Shown: one piece after another, positions 35,854 through 44,632 of the stretch
Layout: each line of letters starts with the position of its first letter
Position numbering within the stretch: the first letter of the stretch is position 1
Source of the DNA: an uncultured Candidatus Saccharibacteria bacterium
Lineage (GTDB): Bacteria > Patescibacteriota > Saccharimonadia > Saccharimonadales > CAZDQS01
Direction: 5' to 3'
NCBI GenBank assembly: GCA_964507855.1
Contig: CAZDQS010000001.1
Location: 102,121 to 166,120, forward strand
Length of the DNA stretch: 64,000 nucleotides
Program-made: the position numbers and the translations under genes
The notes under the pieces: generated by a model
Told to the model about the DNA's origin: nothing
The model's input: the letters and a program-made list of their open reading frames with translations, nothing else
Databases searched by the model: none

Positions 35854-36999
35854 ATGAAGATTTTGCATTTTACTACTCACAATGAAGATTGTGGTATCGC
35901 CAAGTATCAAGAGCAGTTTATTGCTGCTATGCATACGGTTGGCGGCGTAGAACATACAGTTTTTGAGTATTCGCCAAACGTCACCAAGCACATGAGCGAG
36001 GCTGAATTTACCCCCGTGCTCAAGCAGCTGGTTGCCCAAATGCGTGATCAAGACATTTTGCACATTCAGCACGAGATCTCTTTCTTTAAGAAGAATGAAC
36101 TTTACCGGGTCGTCAAAGCTGTGCGCAGGATGCGCAAGAAAGTCATGATGACTGTCCACACGGCTCCCGACGCGATGTATAAGGAGCCGAAGCTGGAAGG
36201 GTATGGCCCTCGCAGCTGGTTGAAATATCTCCGAGCGATGAAGGCTGCACGTGAATTCACGGATGTTCATATCCGTCCTATGCGCGAAGTTGATCTGGTA
36301 ATTGTTCACAATACGGTTACCAAAAAGAATCTCATGAAGCATGGGGTCAAGGAAGATCGCATACGGATTATCGATATGCCGGTGCCAAACATCTCCTTTG
36401 AACGTACATCGACAGTCATCAAGAAGGCGCTTGATTATCGGTCCGGTGATGTTTTGTTTTGTGCTGTCGGCTTCGTGTCGAAAACCAAAGGGTTTGACCA
36501 TGCTGTAAAAGCACTCAATTTCCTGCCGAAAAATTACAAATTGGCCATCATCGGGGGCATGCATCCTGAGGGCAGGAATGACAAATACTTGGATAAACTA
36601 TGCGACATAATTGCGGAGTATGGGTTGCAGGACAGGGTATATATTACGGGCTTCTTGGCAGACGATGAGGAGCTCAATGCTGCTATACGAGAGTGTGATA
36701 TATGTGTTTACCCGTACGACAGAGAATATTACTCTTATGTGTCGTCAGCATCTTTGAGCAATGCCCTCGCAAATCATAAGCCTACGGTAGCTTACCCGAC
36801 CGCTTCTTTCCGTGAGGTAAATTCTGAAATGGATGTGCTGGCTCTTACGAAGTCATTTAATTATTACGAGCTTGCCCGGGAGATACGGGCAATTGATGTG
36901 CCTTCTCGACACGAAAAATCCAAGCAGTACGCACAACTTCATGCCTACGATAAAGAAGGCGAAAAGTTCATTGATATCTACCAGCAGCTTATAGCCTAG
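35854..36999 (+). CDS. glycosyltransferase family 4
   Basis: 381 aa with MKILHFTTHNEDCGIAKY at the N-terminus and the C-domain VGFVSKTKGFDHAVKAL...YITGFL... Confidence 0.7.
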   Translation: MKILHFTTHNEDCGIAKYQEQFIAAMHTVGGVEHTVFEYSPNVTKHMSEAEFTPVLKQLVAQMRDQDILHIQHEISFFKKNELYRVVKAVRRMRKKVMMTVHTAPDAMYKEPKLEGYGPRSWLKYLRAMKAAREFTDVHIRPMREVDLVIVHNTVTKKNLMKHGVKEDRIRIIDMPVPNISFERTSTVIKKALDYRSGDVLFCAVGFVSKTKGFDHAVKALNFLPKNYKLAIIGGMHPEGRNDKYLDKLCDIIAEYGLQDRVYITGFLADDEELNAAIRECDICVYPYDREYYSYVSSASLSNALANHKPTVAYPTASFREVNSEMDVLALTKSFNYYELAREIRAIDVPSRHEKSKQYAQLHAYDKEGEKFIDIYQQLIA

Positions 37000-39518
37000 G
37001 GCTTGACGACGAATTTCCAGTGAAGGCCAACGTCATTGAGCCAAGCGACACCGTCTATTACAGGCCGGAAGTATTCATTATATGTTCCTGTTGAGGCTGG
37101 AGTTTTAACAGAGAACTCGAACGTGCCTATCTCGCCTGGTCTTACTTTTGATTCTTTCAACCGAGCGGCGCGGTTGCAATTAATCCAGGAATTGTCACAG
37201 AAGCTACTTATTCGATCCACTGGGTTGCTGGTGCCGAGCCGGGTGCTGCTTGACCAGTTCCGGCCGCTGATGTTCTTTGCCCGTAGGCGCAGGTAATACG
37301 TTGTATTCGGTTTTGCATCATTAAGATTGGCTGCTTGCGTGCGATTGCTATCGAGGAAGGTCTGCTGCCCTTGGTACTCCCAGACGAAATCAGGAGAATC
37401 CATCTTAAAGGTAATGTGCTGGCCCAGGTCGTTCATCCACATTTTACCTTCCGCAACCGGCCGGAAGTATTCGCTGAAACTGGTGCCGTCGAGTGCGTAC
37501 GGCGCCTTGGCCCAGAATTCAAATGTGCCGATTTCTCCTGGAGCGACAGATGTTTCGGTAATTGCGGTAGGGCGGTTACAGCTTCCCCATGAGGGGTCAC
37601 AGAATTTACTTGGTCGGTCAATTGGCACGTTCGTGCCCAGCCGGACTGGATTCGATCCACTCTTTTGCCACGTGACGTTGCCGGTGTTTTGGGCGCGGAT
37701 CACAACGTAGACCCGCTGGTTGCCGCTTATAGCATTGATATTGGCAGCCTCGGCTTTTGTGCTATCTGTGTAGACTGCTTGTCCGGCGAACTTCCAGGCA
37801 TAAGTCGGAGGTTTGACTGATAGCGCCCAGTGCTGGCCCAGGTCGTTCATCCAGGCCTTGCCTTCAGCAACTAGCCTGAAGTACTCCTTAAATTCGCCGT
37901 GACGATTTGGAGTCGTGATAGAGAAATTAAAGGTTCCAATCCCGCCGGGTTCAACACTGGATTCTTGGAGAGCGGTAGGGCGATTGCAGCTTCCCCAGGA
38001 GCCATTACAGAAGGCACTGTTTCGGTCAATCGGTACATTCGTGCCCAACCGGACTGGGTTCGACCCGCTCTTTTGCCATGTGACGTTGCCGGTATTGCGA
38101 GCTTTAAGCTGGAGGTGGTACGTGGTATTGGGGGCTAGCAGCTTTGGGTTTACGGGTACAGTACGGTCACTGTCGGCATGAATCGATTGTCCGGCAAAGC
38201 TCCATTGATAGGTTGATGGTTTGATGCCGAAGCTCCAGTGAAAGCCGATATCGTTCATCCAGGCCTCACCCTCTGCTAGCAGGTTGAAATATTCGTGGTG
38301 AGTACCGTGATTTGACGGTGTTTTAATCGAGAATTCAAAGGTTCCGGTGCCACCAGGGAGTACTTCAGCTTCTTTGAGTTTGGCAGCCCGATTGCAGCCG
38401 AACCATGATTTGTCACAAAAGATACTTGCGCGCTCTCCCGGATGGCTCGTTCCGAGCATGACGGGGTTGGCGCCGCTGTTCTTCCATGTCCTGTTGCCAG
38501 TGTTTTTGGCAGTTACACGCGCATAGTATGTTGTATCAGGAGATAGCAAGCCTGGGTTGACTGGCTTGGTCCGGGCTTCATCGACATAAACTTGTTGATT
38601 GACTCTCCACCATGAGTAATTCGGTGCATAGGTAGAGCCAAACCAGTCGTTAAAGAGGCGCCAAAAGTTACGGTTACCGTAGGCGCTACAAGCATCACCG
38701 GTTCCATAGAGATGCTGGAGGGCAGCGGCGTTTGGCTGATAAGGGGTGTAGTTGTATAGACCGGCGGTAGCGGCAGTTTGCATGGTGAGGTTAGTGCCTC
38801 CGCACCCGGGGGCATTGGCCTGATATGCGACAAAACTAGTTCTCCCGAGTGCATGGTTAAAATCTTCTGGGAACAGTTTGTATCTTTGGAATTGTTTAGC
38901 TGCATTGTAGACCTGATTGAAAAAGCCCGCATAGTCAGGGTGGCACCATCCGGGATTGTTTGGATCATCGGGGCAGTAGTATCCCATGGCTTTTTCGTAC
39001 TGCACAGGCCATGGCCAATCGTCAGTCACTAGGCTTTGTTCCTTTTCGAGCATGACAATGAGGGCTTTTTGGCTGATGTTGCATGCCCTAGCAACGGTGT
39101 CGATAATTTGCGCCGCGCTGCGGTTACTAGCTGCGCTAATGTGTGAACATAGCCCTGAGTCTGATCGAGCGTTGTAGCTACCCACATAATCTTTTAGGCA
39201 GGTGAAGGGTGTCGAAATGCCCCGCCGCTGGCTGTATACCTTTCGCGTTACGGTATCGTTGTGCGTGGGGTCAAAGACTAGTTTATTACCTTGGGTGTCG
39301 CACGAGGGTACTTTTGAGTTGAGGAAATTCTGGATCTCAGCTGCCGTCAAAGCATTGCCGTTATAGAATACGGCATCATCAATGATCCGATTGGCGACAA
39401 AATCACTACCTGAAAGTGCGGAAGCATGCGGGTTTGCTACGGTCATGACCACCGTTAGCGACGAAAGCGTTGCTGCCGCAAGGAGGAGTAAATTTTGTAT
39501 TGAAAATATTTTCCGCAT
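36996..39518 (-). CDS. secreted protein: conserved N-terminal domain plus four tandem beta-sandwich-like repeats of about 115-135 aa (possibly NBR1-like Ig domains)
   Basis: 840 aa with a signal peptide (MRKIFSIQNLLLLAAATLSSLTVVMTVANPHASA). Four repeats each contain NTGN.TW...G.NPV.LGT..P.DR.S.FC...W..CNR......V.PG..GTF.F...P......EYF.....G..WMND.G. Confidence 0.6.
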   Translation of the reverse strand: MRKIFSIQNLLLLAAATLSSLTVVMTVANPHASALSGSDFVANRIIDDAVFYNGNALTAAEIQNFLNSKVPSCDTQGNKLVFDPTHNDTVTRKVYSQRRGISTPFTCLKDYVGSYNARSDSGLCSHISAASNRSAAQIIDTVARACNISQKALIVMLEKEQSLVTDDWPWPVQYEKAMGYYCPDDPNNPGWCHPDYAGFFNQVYNAAKQFQRYKLFPEDFNHALGRTSFVAYQANAPGCGGTNLTMQTAATAGLYNYTPYQPNAAALQHLYGTGDACSAYGNRNFWRLFNDWFGSTYAPNYSWWRVNQQVYVDEARTKPVNPGLLSPDTTYYARVTAKNTGNRTWKNSGANPVMLGTSHPGERASIFCDKSWFGCNRAAKLKEAEVLPGGTGTFEFSIKTPSNHGTHHEYFNLLAEGEAWMNDIGFHWSFGIKPSTYQWSFAGQSIHADSDRTVPVNPKLLAPNTTYHLQLKARNTGNVTWQKSGSNPVRLGTNVPIDRNSAFCNGSWGSCNRPTALQESSVEPGGIGTFNFSITTPNRHGEFKEYFRLVAEGKAWMNDLGQHWALSVKPPTYAWKFAGQAVYTDSTKAEAANINAISGNQRVYVVIRAQNTGNVTWQKSGSNPVRLGTNVPIDRPSKFCDPSWGSCNRPTAITETSVAPGEIGTFEFWAKAPYALDGTSFSEYFRPVAEGKMWMNDLGQHITFKMDSPDFVWEYQGQQTFLDSNRTQAANLNDAKPNTTYYLRLRAKNISGRNWSSSTRLGTSNPVDRISSFCDNSWINCNRAARLKESKVRPGEIGTFEFSVKTPASTGTYNEYFRPVIDGVAWLNDVGLHWKFVVKP

Positions 39519-39520
39519 AG

Positions 39521-40138
39521 CTACTTGATACTTATTACCATTGCTTCTGAATTACCTTCGTGGCGGGGAGAGGAGTATTGTATAACTGCTCTCCATTCGC
39601 CAGCATCTAATTGACTTCTGCTGATAGCAATGCGGCCACAAACGGTACTCTGCGCATCAGGGATAGCACGTTTGGCTTCAGAAGTTGTGGTGCCGGCTTT
39701 CTGTAGGATGAGCTTGCATGTGCCTTCGGTTTCTACAATACCTGGTACGTATCCGTTGGCCTCTACATCACCATTGCTAGCCTGCTGGATATAGCCAATG
39801 ATGGGGGTTACTGCCTGTTTGGGTTCTGTTGTGTCTGGTGTATCGCCCTCGTCTTGCTGCGGGTTTTCAGAGTTTTCGCTCAACTGCTGTTTATGGCGTT
39901 CAACTCGTTCCTTATCTTCGTCGGTTGCTGGGGCAAGATTGGTTGTGCCGCCGCCGCTGTCAATAACCGATTCAGATTCCGGTGCGCTGTCTCTGTCCTG
40001 TAATGTTCTATACAGTAAAAATGAGCTAGCGCCTAACAAGGCCACGAGTATTACTATGGCAAGCCATTTTGTCTTTTTGTGTTTTGATGTGGAGTGCAAT
40101 TTCATACGCATCCTACTTTTGTGTTTTTGAATGAACAA
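39521..40138 (-). CDS. hypothetical membrane-anchored / secreted protein
   Basis: 205 aa with an N-terminal anchor (WLAIVILVALLGASSFLLY), an acidic low-complexity linker and a C-terminal domain with two Cys. Its stop lies 2 nt upstream of the start of the 840-aa gene on the same strand. Confidence 0.4.
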   Translation of the reverse strand: MFIQKHKSRMRMKLHSTSKHKKTKWLAIVILVALLGASSFLLYRTLQDRDSAPESESVIDSGGGTTNLAPATDEDKERVERHKQQLSENSENPQQDEGDTPDTTEPKQAVTPIIGYIQQASNGDVEANGYVPGIVETEGTCKLILQKAGTTTSEAKRAIPDAQSTVCGRIAISRSQLDAGEWRAVIQYSSPRHEGNSEAMVISIK

Positions 40139-40267
40139 AATCTATATATATCATGTCATGGTTCTTTGATTGGGGCAATAGTAAAAACATAACCATAAAG
40201 GAACTCTATTATAAAGATTCGTTTCTCTTGAAGCAAGGGTTGGCGATTTCTGGATGGGCGTCGTTAG

Positions 40268-42325
40268 CTAGTCGATTTTGTTGCGGACATCGTACTCATA
40301 TGTCCATATGTATCGTGCATTATCTAGTTGTATTATGTTAGCCGGCGTACCGTAAATATCTCGAAGTCGTTCATTTGTGCAGCCACCCCAGAACATGGCA
40401 TCATTACCTGCTCGTTCGATAAGAAGGGCACTTCTCTTGTTGTTTTCCGGTGAGAACCAATCACCTCGCGAGAGGGCGAGAAAGGCATCGTCACAGCCAA
40501 TGATAGGAGCAAACTTGACGTTGTCCTGGGACCAGAAGCGTGTCGTAGCCCCCAGCCAGTGACCGGAAAGCACGATGTCTACATCATGCTCTTTTAGGGT
40601 TTGAGCGACCAAATCATAGCGGGCACGGGTCGGTTCTTCGATTTGCTTTAGTTTCGCATATCTCTCCGGCATGATAGGCGCATTAGCGAGGATGCCAAGG
40701 ACTATGAGTAATACCAAGCCGATCTTCAAAATACGATGGTCGTCGTAGTAGTGCTTTATTGTCCACACAAATAATGGTACGGCCAAAAAGACCATAAAGG
40801 TGATGTATCTTGCTGGGCCGGTGATTAGTTTACCGTCAACAGGGTGTGCCGCTTGGCCGGAGAAGACATACATGAAGAAAGTCAGGAAGAAGCAGATGGC
40901 TACTATGACAATGCTGCTGTGTGTCTGGAGTTCGGCGATGAGGCTGCGCTTTTGCAAAAGCTCTCGGTTGGTACGCTGTAGCAACAGTATGCCTCCGCCA
41001 ATAGCTATGATAAGCAGGAAAGCGTTTATAAACATACTAGTGCTGCGAGGAGCGAGAGCTTGTCCAAATATATTTGCTCCCGTCAGTGTCAGTAATTGAG
41101 AAAAGGCAGTTTGTATTGATATGCCGAGATGCTCAAGAGATACGATTTTATGTGCGAAGCTTCCGGAAGAGTGAAGGGCAATGTAGTCAGCATATACCAG
41201 GAAGGCTAAGATAGCCTTCGCGAGCAAGCTGGCGCTAAGAACAGAAACGCCGGCAATCACCATGCGGTTTGTGAGGCGTCGTGTCTGCGCGAAGACCAAG
41301 GCGAGGAAGGCAAGAATCGCAAGTGATACCGTGTACTGAAAATACACGTCACTTGCCACCAGAATGGCATAGCCGAACGTTATCAGTGCAAGCAGGACAT
41401 GTTCACGTCTTGTGGGCACAGTTTTGCGGCCAAGGTAGGTTGTTAAAAGATATATGTACAGGAGAGCAAGAGGAAACTCGATATTTCTAATCGTAGTCCA
41501 TACGAAATCGTTATTAAACGTCAATGAACCAAAAACAAATGTGGTAAGGGTAAGGGTAATCAATAATGTATAGTGCTTGCCTAATATCTTTCGAAGCAGA
41601 TAGACCCAACCAAGTACCGCACTGATGCTCAAAAAGAGATTAAGGGTAGCAAAGCTTGTGGTTGTGTAGGGGAAGAGAGACTGAAGATAAAAAAGCGGGA
41701 ACTTTAGGATATTGGTATGCTCTGGCTGCAGGTTAATTTGGGCATGGCGTACACCATCTCCCACTAGGTATGTGTTAACGAGTGCGTCAGCGTTTGTTTC
41801 GGCAACGTAGCTTACCTGGAGTGTGCCATATGCGGTACAGCTGACAAGCAATAATAATGCAGCTGCTGTTACACTGCTGTATATCCAGTTGGTTCGGTAA
41901 TACGCAAGGACGTGGCGATAGGGTTCTCTGAAGCTATTTTGGGAAAAGATGACATGCTTGTATAGGACGTAGTTCCAGGCAGTTGTTATAAGCAACGCTC
42001 CTGTTCGCGAGAACGCTACGTATTGTTCTGGCAGGATGCTGACCACTGCGATTGTAAAAAAATAATTGAAACCGACAAGGAGGGCGTAAAGCCCCCACTG
42101 TTTGCTTAGTGCTCTTAACTCCTTCTGGTAATTCTGAAAGGCTAGGATTTTTTGGAGGTAGAATGCGACGAGCAGGCCAACCCAAAAAGCTACGGCGGTT
42201 GCTGCCCCCGCTGAAAAGCCGAAAATACGATGGAGCGCCAAGAGTACGGCGAGCTCTAGCGCATATGACAGGGCACCAATGCCCACATAGCGCACCAAAG
42301 AGGAAGAAATGAGTTTATGCTTCAT
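40268..42325 (-). CDS. GtrA-like domain fused to a large polytopic membrane protein (putative GtrC-type glycan-modifying enzyme)
   Basis: 685 aa. The first 130 or so aa look like GtrA (VRYVGIGALSYALELAVLLALHRIFG...NYVLYKHVIF). At least 10 more TM segments follow, then a C-terminal soluble region of about 150 aa. Confidence 0.5.
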   Translation of the reverse strand: MKHKLISSSLVRYVGIGALSYALELAVLLALHRIFGFSAGAATAVAFWVGLLVAFYLQKILAFQNYQKELRALSKQWGLYALLVGFNYFFTIAVVSILPEQYVAFSRTGALLITTAWNYVLYKHVIFSQNSFREPYRHVLAYYRTNWIYSSVTAAALLLLVSCTAYGTLQVSYVAETNADALVNTYLVGDGVRHAQINLQPEHTNILKFPLFYLQSLFPYTTTSFATLNLFLSISAVLGWVYLLRKILGKHYTLLITLTLTTFVFGSLTFNNDFVWTTIRNIEFPLALLYIYLLTTYLGRKTVPTRREHVLLALITFGYAILVASDVYFQYTVSLAILAFLALVFAQTRRLTNRMVIAGVSVLSASLLAKAILAFLVYADYIALHSSGSFAHKIVSLEHLGISIQTAFSQLLTLTGANIFGQALAPRSTSMFINAFLLIIAIGGGILLLQRTNRELLQKRSLIAELQTHSSIVIVAICFFLTFFMYVFSGQAAHPVDGKLITGPARYITFMVFLAVPLFVWTIKHYYDDHRILKIGLVLLIVLGILANAPIMPERYAKLKQIEEPTRARYDLVAQTLKEHDVDIVLSGHWLGATTRFWSQDNVKFAPIIGCDDAFLALSRGDWFSPENNKRSALLIERAGNDAMFWGGCTNERLRDIYGTPANIIQLDNARYIWTYEYDVRNKID

Positions 42326-42372
42326 CTGTTAAAGATATTGTACAATAGCCCTAGTAATAGTTAGAGAGAATT

Positions 42373-43323
42373 GTGAAACGAGAGAAAAAAATAATTATCA
42401 TTGTGCCGTGTTATAACGAAGAGGATTCACTGCCGTATCTAGTGGATGCGATCGAAAAAATGCGGGCAAAGCTTACCAGGCGCTATCAGCTTGATCTCCT
42501 GCTTATAAATGATGGAAGTTCAGACAAAACTCAAGAACTTCTGGAGATCTTGAGCAAAGAAAAGTCATTCGTGTACTACCGCGAATTCGCTCGTAATGCC
42601 GGACACCAGTCTGCCTTGCGAGCGGGTATAGCGGCCGCTGGCGATTATGACGCCGCAATCATGATGGATGCGGACATGCAGCATCCTCCTGAGCTTGTCC
42701 CTCAGCTTTTGGAGGCATGGGAGCAAGGTGCCAAGATAGTACAGATGGTTCGCCGAGATTCAAGCAAGGAGGCAGGCTTTTTCAAGTACCTAACTTCAAG
42801 AGCCTATTACCAATTCATCAATCGAATTACAAACTTGCAGTTGGAGTATGGCGCATCGGACTTTCGACTCATCGATCGTTCGGTTGTCCAAGCAGTTACT
42901 TCTAGCAAAGAACAGGATCTTTTCCTGCGCGGGTATTTTTCTTGGCTGCCCGTTTCGCGGGTGACCATTCCCTATAAGTCACATAAACGGATTGCCGGGA
43001 AGAGCAAGTACAGCGTCCGTAAAATGATTGATTTGGCCCAGAAGGGTGTGTTGCAGTTTAGCGAAAAACCATTGCAGCTAGCCATGTCTGTTGGTATTGG
43101 GCTCGCGCTTCTTTCTTTTTTGTACGGACTGTTCCTGATAGTTCGCTATCTTTTGGGTGATTATAGTGTTAGTGGCTGGACATCGTTGATGGTAATAATG
43201 CTTTTCTGCTTTGGCATTAACTTTATTCTTATGGGAATTATTGGCAGTTATCTCGCGCAATCAATTCGTATCCAAAAGCAGCGTCCAGAATTTATTATCG
43301 CTTCCGAGAAGCTGCCGAGTTGA
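42373..43323 (+). CDS. GT2 polyprenol-phosphate glycosyltransferase (GtrB/ArnC-like)
   Basis: 316 aa with a GTG start. It has IIIVPCYNEEDSL, LLINDGSSDKT and MMDADMQHPP, plus two C-terminal TM helices. Confidence 0.8.
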   Translation: MKREKKIIIIVPCYNEEDSLPYLVDAIEKMRAKLTRRYQLDLLLINDGSSDKTQELLEILSKEKSFVYYREFARNAGHQSALRAGIAAAGDYDAAIMMDADMQHPPELVPQLLEAWEQGAKIVQMVRRDSSKEAGFFKYLTSRAYYQFINRITNLQLEYGASDFRLIDRSVVQAVTSSKEQDLFLRGYFSWLPVSRVTIPYKSHKRIAGKSKYSVRKMIDLAQKGVLQFSEKPLQLAMSVGIGLALLSFLYGLFLIVRYLLGDYSVSGWTSLMVIMLFCFGINFILMGIIGSYLAQSIRIQKQRPEFIIASEKLPS

Positions 43324-44632
43324 TCTCATCAATCAGGGCTGCGACAGTTTCGCCTTCTCGAACGGCATAATTCGTGCCTCTGTCTTCTGGGTAGATTTGA
43401 GAAAAGTTTGATAGGTAGACGTTGGCGAGCGGAGTTTTGTGCGACGGTTTTATTTTGGTGTAGTTTTTTTCAACGATATGCTGGGCATTGGCGAAGCGGA
43501 AGAAGTGTTTTTCGCGGACTTTTTTGGCGTCAAAGTTTGGAAAAATCTGTTTTAGGTGCTCAAACCAGAGCGCTTCCAGCTCTTTGTCCGAGCAGGTAAA
43601 TAGACGGTGTTCATGAGGTACGTAGGTTGCAATATAGTAGATATATTTGTTGTTGTAACTGGTCTTATCTATGAGCTTGGTGTGGTTTATGAAGACCAGA
43701 AAGGGAAGATCTAAATCATTAATATTGTGCCAATAATATGGACTAAGGTTTTGTGTCGAGGAGAAAATGAGTAGGCGTGCACCCAAGTACTTAATGCTTT
43801 TCAGGCTTTTTAGGTAGGTGGGCTTTACGTTTGTGTTCTTCTCGATAAGATTCGCAAAAACATAAGATGGAATGGTAGCGACACAGTCGTCGAATGTCCG
43901 ACTGCTGCCGTTCGCAAAGATTATCTTAACTTTTTGGCGCGGTGTGTTGGAAATACGGGCAATCTCAACGCTTGTCTCTATGGCTACGCCGAGCTCTTGT
44001 AGTTGTCGCACAAGGGCGTCGGTGAAGGTCTGAAACCCACCCTCGAAATAACCGAGTTTTTCGCCGCCAGCTTCCCGTGACTGCGCGCGGATATGGATAC
44101 GTGCCCACAGCCATGCCATGGAAACCTTGTCGTAGTATTTATCAAACTTGCCTTTCAGGAGCGGTTCCCAAATGACGCGGGTCACCTGCTTGCCAGCCGC
44201 CTTACGCATCCAGTTATAGGCGCTGACGTTCTGGAGTTTCTGCCAATTTTTAGTTTTTTGCAGATATAGAACAGCCAATCCTGCCCGAATTCGGTTATGG
44301 AAGTGCAGGGGTTTGAAGCGGATGAGATCGAGCGCCCCCTTAAAGGGATATAAAACTCCATCGTAGTACAACGAAACGGAACTATCGTGCCAGAGTAGTT
44401 TGTCGCCTACGCCCAGTTCTTGCGCCAGGTTGATAATATGGGTGTCGGTCTTGAAAAGGTGGTGGTATGCCCGCTCAAGTGACGCGCCCTCAACAGTAAA
44501 ATCACTTGCTAGTCCGCCGACTACTGGCCCTCGCTCTAGAATTTTCACCTGATGACCCTTTTTCGCGAGCCGCAAGGCGGCGACGAGTCCGGTATATCCG
44601 GCACCAATAATCACAATTCGCTTACTCAACAC
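43295..44632 (-). CDS. FAD/NAD(P)-binding oxidoreductase (amine-oxidase / phytoene-desaturase-like fold)
   Basis: 445 aa with an N-terminal dinucleotide-binding motif (IVIIGAGYTGLVAALRLAKKGHQVKILE). It forms a convergent 29-nt overlap with the GT2 at 42373..43323. Confidence 0.65.
   Translation of the reverse strand: MLSKRIVIIGAGYTGLVAALRLAKKGHQVKILERGPVVGGLASDFTVEGASLERAYHHLFKTDTHIINLAQELGVGDKLLWHDSSVSLYYDGVLYPFKGALDLIRFKPLHFHNRIRAGLAVLYLQKTKNWQKLQNVSAYNWMRKAAGKQVTRVIWEPLLKGKFDKYYDKVSMAWLWARIHIRAQSREAGGEKLGYFEGGFQTFTDALVRQLQELGVAIETSVEIARISNTPRQKVKIIFANGSSRTFDDCVATIPSYVFANLIEKNTNVKPTYLKSLKSIKYLGARLLIFSSTQNLSPYYWHNINDLDLPFLVFINHTKLIDKTSYNNKYIYYIATYVPHEHRLFTCSDKELEALWFEHLKQIFPNFDAKKVREKHFFRFANAQHIVEKNYTKIKPSHKTPLANVYLSNFSQIYPEDRGTNYAVREGETVAALIDEINSAASRKR

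Noticed and set aside
35746-36564. 272-aa minus-strand ORF
   Set aside because: It is antisense to the GT4 gene at 35854..36999, which has clear family motifs. The antisense product has no recognisable features.
37300-38500. Internal DNA repeats as a CRISPR or satellite array
   Set aside because: The repeat units are about 345-400 nt, in frame, and encode a repeated protein domain. There is no short direct-repeat/spacer organisation.
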